Below, piece by piece: positions 58,247 to 64,000 of a stretch of 64,000 nt of DNA. The translations under genes and the position numbers were made by a program. The stretch is from the IMG/VR virus record IMGVR_UViG_3300025158_000018. The stretch is one strand, 5' to 3'. The stretch's first letter is position 1. Every line of letters starts with the position of its first letter. Source of the DNA: a virus. The notes under the pieces were generated by a model, which saw only the letters and a list, made by a program, of their open reading frames with translations, was not told the origin of the DNA and did no database searches.

Positions 58247-58647
58247 ATGAGGCTCTTTTAATGCAAAAAATCCAAAATCCGGAAAGTAGGGTAAAATATT
58301 TAGAAGAAAAAATCAAACCCAACCGCCCGGTAGATAAATTTGGTAACAGAATGAGTTCTTACAATTTATCTAATACTGCTAAAATTTTAAAGATGACTTC
58401 GTGAGGTGATGAAATGAATAAAAACGAATACGAAACACTTAGCTACGATCCGGGAACCGGCAAATGGGAACCTGCTATCCCAGAGCCTTATTACTACGGT
58501 ATTTTTCCGTGGCTTTGGAAAAGAATCACGGGTTGGCGTGATGACTATGGGAGAAAAGCACAACTTTACTGGGACTGGTGGTGGTAAATAGTAGTTGACA
58601 CAATTCCTACGGTCTGTTAGAATACACACTCAAACAGGAGAATTACT

Positions 58648-58956
58648 ATGCAACACAATAGAATCAGAGACTTTTCTTTTTTGGAAAATCTAGTAGAGAA
58701 TAAGAAACACGCAGTAATCGACATAAGAAGTCCAGAAGACTATCGTTATGGAACTGTTCTAGAGGCCCCCAACGCCCCGCTGAGAGCTTTTCTTCGAGTT
58801 CTGGTAAAGGTACTCAAGAATACCAAGAAAGTAGTTCTTATTGCTTCTGAGAACGACACTGAGACGCTTGATGCATGTATTCGATATGCGACGCAAGCAG
58901 GTGGAATAGACTTGAATCTGAGCTATTTCTTTTACGAAGACGCACCGAAAGATTAA
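58648..58956 (+). CDS. hypothetical protein (weak rhodanese-like resemblance)
   Basis: ORF; AVIDIRSPEDYRYG. Confidence 0.35.
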   Translation: MQHNRIRDFSFLENLVENKKHAVIDIRSPEDYRYGTVLEAPNAPLRAFLRVLVKVLKNTKKVVLIASENDTETLDACIRYATQAGGIDLNLSYFFYEDAPKD

Positions 58957-58987
58957 GAAAAAGCCCCTTTCGGGGCTTTTCTTTTTA
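58957..58987. terminator. bidirectional rho-independent terminator
   Basis: aaaagcccc-tttc-ggggctttt flanked by T/A runs. Confidence 0.7.
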
Positions 58988-59332
58988 ATCTTCTTTATAA
59001 CCGGTTACTATCGTTGCCAACGGTGCGTTTAGCTTTACAGACAGAATTCCAATCAATCTACCCCACCTTGTTTTGTAACCTTCACTTTGGCCGATGACCT
59101 TGTTGTTCTTTGCCCTAAGCGTGAAGCGAAATTCTCCGGATTTGTCTCTAAATTTGACGAATGCTCCCTTTCTATCCGAATTAAACCTAACAGACTCAAT
59201 TCCTTTTTTAACAGATGCAGTAGATTTGTATAATTCCGAGAGCAATATCACTTTCCCGTTTCTAGCTTTCAACACGAAATATTCTTGACCATCTTTACTT
59301 CTTCTTATATCAAATTCTGGTTTTCTCAACAT
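58985..59332 (-). CDS. YegP/DUF1508 tandem-repeat protein
   Basis: two repeats GQEYFVLKARNGKVILLSELYKS and GEFRFTLRAKNNKVIGQSEGYKT; TATAAATA ~30 nt upstream. Confidence 0.6.
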   Translation of the reverse strand: MLRKPEFDIRRSKDGQEYFVLKARNGKVILLSELYKSTASVKKGIESVRFNSDRKGAFVKFRDKSGEFRFTLRAKNNKVIGQSEGYKTRWGRLIGILSVKLNAPLATIVTGYKED

Positions 59333-59387
59333 AACCTAACTAAACCTCGTGTTTACAAATAGTATTTATAGCTGATTTTGAAAAAAT

Positions 59388-59412
59388 GAAAGCCCCGCCT
59401 TGCGGGGCTTTC
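59388..59412 (-). terminator. rho-independent terminator after HNH gene
   Basis: gaaagccccgc-cttg-gcggggctttc with T-run on minus strand. Confidence 0.65.
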
Positions 59413-59530
59413 TAATTAAACCGGGTGATCAATCCCGGTCGCCTACGGCCTCGGAGGTTTCATAGGTCTTGCATCTGGATCACTACAAACGGAAGGTACC
59501 ATGTTCGTAGGAGAGCCAGTAAACTCAGTT

Positions 59531-60157
59531 CTAGTGTAAGAAGTAACCGTTTTCGATCATTTCATGGATACGACTATTCTTCGACACACCCTTGATCAAA
59601 TATTCCATCTGATCCGCTAGGATTCGGCGGTTCTGGAGAATAAGATGCTCGTTGTAATTTGGCACATATGGAACGTATACCAATGGCATTTTTGCTTCTC
59701 CGGGTGTTCTGTCGGCTTTCTTATGGTTACACTTCTTACAAGCAGTAACCAAGTTGGTCCAACTGTCTTCTCCACCCCGAGACTTAGGCACAACATGGTC
59801 ACGAGTTAAATCCGATCTAGGAAACAACTCTGAACAATAGCCACAAACATTACGGTCACGAATGAACAATGTCTTGTTGGTCAAAGGTGGTGTTCCTGAT
59901 CTCCACTTAGAAGGACTCATTTTAGCATCAACTGCTACAATAGTATCCATAACCAGTCTGGAACGCTGTCCCGTAACCGCATTAGTACCACCACGAAGAG
60001 TAACCTCGTGCTGTCCCAAACTCCACAATACTTTGTTCTTAGCGTAAAAGTATGCAGACTTTTCATAGTTGATCCAGCCCACGGGCTCACCACCCGCATT
60101 CAATTGTAGGATCAATGGTAACTGTTCAACGTTCAAAGCTTCAGTGTTCATATTCAA
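59531..60157 (-). CDS. HNH endonuclease
   Basis: CGYC..RDHVVPKSRGGEDSWTNLVTACKKCNHKK. Confidence 0.7.
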   Translation of the reverse strand: MNMNTEALNVEQLPLILQLNAGGEPVGWINYEKSAYFYAKNKVLWSLGQHEVTLRGGTNAVTGQRSRLVMDTIVAVDAKMSPSKWRSGTPPLTNKTLFIRDRNVCGYCSELFPRSDLTRDHVVPKSRGGEDSWTNLVTACKKCNHKKADRTPGEAKMPLVYVPYVPNYNEHLILQNRRILADQMEYLIKGVSKNSRIHEMIENGYFLH

Positions 60158-60663
60158 TTTCCTTTTATTACTTTATCAAAGCCTTCTTCTCTTGTCGGAT
60201 AAATGAAGCTATCCCTCATACTACTAAGTACATGTGGTGGGATGCTCTTCCCGGTTTCCTCTGCTCTTTTTGCCAAGCGTCTTTCAAGCTCCGCATCCTC
60301 TACATCAAAAACCACCGCCACTTTATAATATCTATCTGGAATCCCTTTAAGCTTCTTCTTTCTGCCTGTGGGCGCAACGTTGGTCTGATCCCAGACGATA
60401 TCTTTTCCACTCTCGATAGCCTTATTCAATTCTACATTCAAGTTTCTACTTGCATGCTTTATCTGCGACTGGAAAATTTCGTGATATGTCTTACCCATTT
60501 CGGAGGCTTTATCCTCAATATAATTGTCAGTACTAAGAATGACCGCATCTGGAGTGTTTTGTTTGATCCATGTACTTTTTCCAGCAGCGGGGAGCCCCAC
60601 CAACATAAACAAAATCGGTTGGTCACTGTAGTTCTCGTAAATTTGTCGCAGTTTCATTTCCAA
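60154..60663 (-). CDS. P-loop polynucleotide kinase-like protein (T4 Pnk kinase-domain-like, no phosphatase domain)
   Basis: Walker A LVGLPAAGKST, DQTN, basic lid RRLAKRAEETGKSIP. Confidence 0.6.
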   Translation of the reverse strand: MEMKLRQIYENYSDQPILFMLVGLPAAGKSTWIKQNTPDAVILSTDNYIEDKASEMGKTYHEIFQSQIKHASRNLNVELNKAIESGKDIVWDQTNVAPTGRKKKLKGIPDRYYKVAVVFDVEDAELERRLAKRAEETGKSIPPHVLSSMRDSFIYPTREEGFDKVIKGN

Positions 60664-60667
60664 TTCC

Positions 60668-60700
60668 TCAAATTAAAAGGGGAGCCGTATAGCTCCCCTC
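60668..60700 (-). terminator. rho-independent terminator after sHSP gene
   Basis: aggggagc-cgtat-agctcccct followed by TTTTAATTT on minus strand. Confidence 0.6.
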
Positions 60701-60716
60701 TAAGTTACACGAGAAA

Positions 60717-61223
60717 TTACCTAATGTCAAGTAATTTCGTTCGTTCTTCTTCGGGGATTTCTCGCCTGATACTAATCACTAGAAGGCCATCTCGCATTTC
60801 ACACGATTTTACCACAGAATACTGGGGGATGCTGAACGCCAATTTGAAGCCCCGCTTTCCAATACCCCTCTTCACGTATCTGTTTTTTGTGACTTCTGCG
60901 TCCTCTTTTTCCCCACCCTCGGTCTCACCGAACTTAGACCGAATCGTAAGTTTCTGATCTTTAAGGAATTCTACCTCTAGATCATCCTTACTGAATCCGG
61001 CTAGGGCAACTTCGATTCTGTAATCCCCGGTATTTTCACCATATTCGATATTATATGGAGGATAGCTTTGGCCGGAAAAAGGCTGATGGTCCCATAAATC
61101 ACTGATAAATCTCAGATTATTTGGATAATCTCTTGTGAAGCCATTGATCAGTTCTTGAAACGTCGAATCAATTGCGCTTCTTCTGGTTGCCAATTCATTT
61201 CGTCTGGTTGCTAATTTTGTCAT
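60717..61223 (-). CDS. small heat-shock protein (Hsp20/alpha-crystallin)
   Basis: YRIEVALAGFSKDDLEVEF..KLTIRSK; start taken at internal Met. Confidence 0.7.
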   Translation of the reverse strand: MTKLATRRNELATRRSAIDSTFQELINGFTRDYPNNLRFISDLWDHQPFSGQSYPPYNIEYGENTGDYRIEVALAGFSKDDLEVEFLKDQKLTIRSKFGETEGGEKEDAEVTKNRYVKRGIGKRGFKLAFSIPQYSVVKSCEMRDGLLVISIRREIPEEERTKLLDIR

Positions 61224-61330
61224 AATATTTCTCCTTTTTATAAGCAAGAATGTATAAAAGTGACCGACCTCACCATTGAGCATCGGTCACTCTTATTTAT
61301 AACAACTTAATTATTTTGTGTCAAGTCCTT

Positions 61331-62761
61331 TTACCAATTTGTTCGGGCGTTGGTGCGGACCTCTTCAAACGTCATATCCCGTACCAATTTTCCATTCAGG
61401 AATACCTCTTCCAGTAGTTCTATGTCTGTCGGAAGTTTCTCTTCCTCTCTAATGGTGATGGGTAGTCGGACACCGGATCGCTTAACTAATATAACCCGAC
61501 CCGCCTTAGAAGCCTTAGTGGGGTCAGTCTCAGTAGTTTTACATACTTCTCGAATTTCTCCATCAACTTCCACATACGAGCCCTTCATAGCAAAACGTAA
61601 CGTATCTCTCGTCAAATCTTGAAGCAAATATCCACCACACCCAAATGTAATATTATCTGCACTGAAGCCTGAGACCTTCATGGTCTTCAAAATATTTTCG
61701 ACTTCGGAGAGATTCACACCATCACCTTGAATGATTCTGACCGCTGGATTCAAAACTTTAAAACCCTTGTCATTTATAGTGTAGCCGTAAGAATCGGAAA
61801 GCTTGTTCAACGCAAGCATAACCATTTCTGTGGGATTTCCACTGTCTGGACGAATCACCACAGTACCACCCTTTTCTTCTATCTTTTCCCGAAGCTCTGC
61901 CCAAATATTAAGAGCGTTTTCGAACGAATAAGTGTCGCTAACTACAGAAACCATCTTACCCTCGCCACCGTATACATCAATGGCGCGCTCAAAAAACTTC
62001 TTCTCGTTGCCCGGACCTTCTGCAATAGTAACCGTGTGCTCCGTCGCCGGAATTGAAAACCCTGTTACAACCGGAGAATTATAGTACTCCATACAGGCGA
62101 GAATCCCAACAATATTGTCAGTTGCCATGAAATTGACCAAGTGTGCTGCACCAGCAATCTCACTCGACTGCTTAGAAGATGCCCCACGTGCCCCAAAATC
62201 AACAAACTTGAAGTCGATGAGGTCGGGGTCACCAGTTTCTTCCAAGTAACTGGAAATCAATTCCCGGAAACGATATGAGCGCGTTGCGACCGTAGTTCCG
62301 TACCACACGCCACGAAGCAAAGAGGTTTCCACATAGGAAGTGACCCACGCACAATTCTCATCGGTGTTCTCGACAACAACCATCACATTTCCTTCTGGTA
62401 CGTGCATTCCTTCTGGAACTGCGCGAATACTTAAAGGCAAAAACCCGTCACATTCGTTGACTATGTATTCCCAACCTTTCCGGTTGAATGGAAGACCGTG
62501 TGCTGTGATAACGGCTTCGGCCTGATTAACCATTTCCATCGTAACGGGCTTCATTAATGAGGTTTTGATTAAATGTTGAAGACCGAAGAATACTGAAGTG
62601 TCATACTCTCCACCCTTTCGAGCTTCAATATAAGAATACTGTCGGGTGGTTCCGGGTGCCATGAACCCAAAGTGGCTGGTCTTGTACGAGTCGCAATTCA
62701 ATATAGGATTGTTGCTTAATTTGTTCATGTTAAACTCCTTAATCATGTTTTTATAAAGCAA
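61331..62761 (-). CDS. nadV: nicotinamide phosphoribosyltransferase (NadV/NAMPT)
   Basis: N-terminal NCDSYKTSHF, size 476 aa, DFGARG, GDG family blocks. Confidence 0.8.
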   Translation of the reverse strand: MLYKNMIKEFNMNKLSNNPILNCDSYKTSHFGFMAPGTTRQYSYIEARKGGEYDTSVFFGLQHLIKTSLMKPVTMEMVNQAEAVITAHGLPFNRKGWEYIVNECDGFLPLSIRAVPEGMHVPEGNVMVVVENTDENCAWVTSYVETSLLRGVWYGTTVATRSYRFRELISSYLEETGDPDLIDFKFVDFGARGASSKQSSEIAGAAHLVNFMATDNIVGILACMEYYNSPVVTGFSIPATEHTVTIAEGPGNEKKFFERAIDVYGGEGKMVSVVSDTYSFENALNIWAELREKIEEKGGTVVIRPDSGNPTEMVMLALNKLSDSYGYTINDKGFKVLNPAVRIIQGDGVNLSEVENILKTMKVSGFSADNITFGCGGYLLQDLTRDTLRFAMKGSYVEVDGEIREVCKTTETDPTKASKAGRVILVKRSGVRLPITIREEEKLPTDIELLEEVFLNGKLVRDMTFEEVRTNARTNW

Positions 62762-62787
62762 AAGATTCTATGCCCATCATAAAATCT

Positions 62788-63513
62788 TTATTTCCAATAA
62801 TAATTGGAAAATTTTTTGGATGAAGATAACGCAACCCTGTAGTATAATTTGTGAACATTAATACCGAGTTGTCTGGATGCTTCTCGTAGTGATGGATATT
62901 CTTTACCATCTATAATCACTTTTTTTGACTTTCCATTTTTTTCGTTCATTTGTTTTCCTTTATGAGATTCACTCATTTTTTTTCTAGCTTCTTCTGTCGT
63001 TTTTCTTCCAACGAGGGCATCTCGTATTTTTTTCTTATGTTCTGGTGTTCTATTAAGGGCCATTGTTTTTAACCTTTTTCGTTCATGGGGTGTTTGACAT
63101 TTGGCTATAGCTATCCTAGACATTTTCTTTTTTGTTTCTTTTGTATGTTTTCTACCATGCCAATGATGGTTTTCACCCAACAGTAATCCCCCATCCCCAT
63201 ATAATATATTTTTTACCTTTTCATACATTTTACTGTTGGTTACTCTCTCTTCATGATATTTACTTTTAGCTCTCATAGGCATGAATGCTTGAAGTACTTT
63301 CGTGTAATTTTCTACATTATTTTTATGAATATCTATCAACAAGCGGTGACATATATAGTGTTCTCTTGCTGTTAAATAAACTAAATTTTCATTTACATCC
63401 AAACCTCCCAAACACTTTGGAATTATATGATGTTTTTCATAGTACGTGTTAACATCCAGTTTTCTTTCTAAAGCTTTATCAATAATTGAATCATAAACAT
63501 TTTTATAGTTCAT
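62788..63513 (-). mobile_element. free-standing HNH homing endonuclease with NUMOD3 repeats and C-terminal HTH, between nadV and the Nudix gene
   Basis: HHIIPKCLGG..NLVYLTAREH HNH; three HTKETKKKMS / TPEHKKKIRDA / TEEARKKMSESHKGK repeats; IIDGKEYPSLREASRQLGI. Confidence 0.7.
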
Positions 63514-63589
63514 GCGAAATACCTAATCATTTCTATCAGGTATTTATATTAGATACCTATCCGTGTTTAGATTTATATTAGTACTGGTC

Positions 63590-64000
63590 TCACTCCATTG
63601 AATCAATGAAATAATTTGCAATGTCATAATGGTCTTCAAACATTTGGTTCCTCATTACCTTAAATTCACTAATTGGGAACCACCATGCGGCACCACCCTT
63701 GACTTCACTAGCATCAGAGGCCCCAACGACCTTGGGCAGTTTATGGCCGTCGTTCAATGAAAAGCAATAAGCCATTGTAACTGTTCTACCACGCTTGGTA
63801 TGAACCCTGCCACGCAAAGAACGATCAGGGTGATCGAAGAACTTTGAATCGACCATACTCCCTCTAAGAACCTTTTCTGGAACCTTTAGAGAGGTCTCTT
63901 CCTTAAGCTCTCTGATCGCCGCGTCGAATGTTGTCTCGGTAGAGTTTACGTGGCCACCCGGAAGTGCCCAAAGCCCCTTACCGGGCCTCTCAGCCCGTCT
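63590..64000 (-). CDS. Nudix hydrolase, 5'-truncated by window edge
   Basis: Nudix box GGHVNSTETTFDAAIRELKEETSL in the frame extending past the listed ORF to the window end. Confidence 0.7.
   Translation of the reverse strand, partial: RRAERPGKGLWALPGGHVNSTETTFDAAIRELKEETSLKVPEKVLRGSMVDSKFFDHPDRSLRGRVHTKRGRTVTMAYCFSLNDGHKLPKVVGASDASEVKGGAAWWFPISEFKVMRNQMFEDHYDIANYFIDSME

Noticed and set aside
60154-60663. Bifunctional T4-type Pnkp (kinase + phosphatase)
   Set aside because: Only a 169-aa P-loop kinase domain is present. The candidate phosphatases (HAD 5299..5883, 2H 55123..55660) are separate genes far away.

Overview
This 64 kb window reads as a contiguous piece of a large, AT-rich, T4-superfamily-like dsDNA phage genome: an auxiliary and early/middle gene region, not a structural module. 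All calls come from motif reading and remembered family signatures; no database search was run.

Main content:
- An rIIA/rIIB pair, a T4 RnlA-type RNA ligase and dihydrofolate reductase.
- PhoH, MazG, glutaredoxin, dCMP deaminase, a gp61-like primase, a NAD-dependent DNA ligase and a ClpP-like protease.
- At least 13 tRNA genes, all on the minus strand: His, Met-like, Pro, Tyr, Leu x3, Ile2/Met(CAT), Arg, Val, Thr.
- Four HNH endonucleases, two of them inside the tRNA cluster.
- A NAD salvage pair: nicotinamide phosphoribosyltransferase plus a Nudix hydrolase that is cut off at the window edge.
- T4-type late-promoter motifs (TATAAATA) in front of several minus-strand genes and tRNAs.

Most interesting observations:
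1. A dispersed tRNA repair/maturation toolkit: a tRNA-binding OB-fold fused to a nucleotidyltransferase ligase, RnlA, a CCA-adding enzyme, a P-loop polynucleotide-kinase-like protein, a HAD phosphatase, a frameshifted 2H phosphoesterase, and TilS next to a CAT-anticodon tRNA.
2. An ADP-ribosylation / NAD toolkit: a PARP-like ART-fold protein, a TARG1/DarG-like macrodomain, a NADAR domain, Nudix, NadV and a NAD-dependent ligase.
3. A ~1 kb non-coding hub with palindromes and iterons, followed by an operon of at least six small paralogs sharing a DCL motif and a C-terminal Y-W.
4. A ~300 bp inverted repeat pair 40 kb apart.
5. A promoter-equipped tRNA-like minihelix RNA.
6. Two tandem large paralogs with a conserved HExxxH...H motif.
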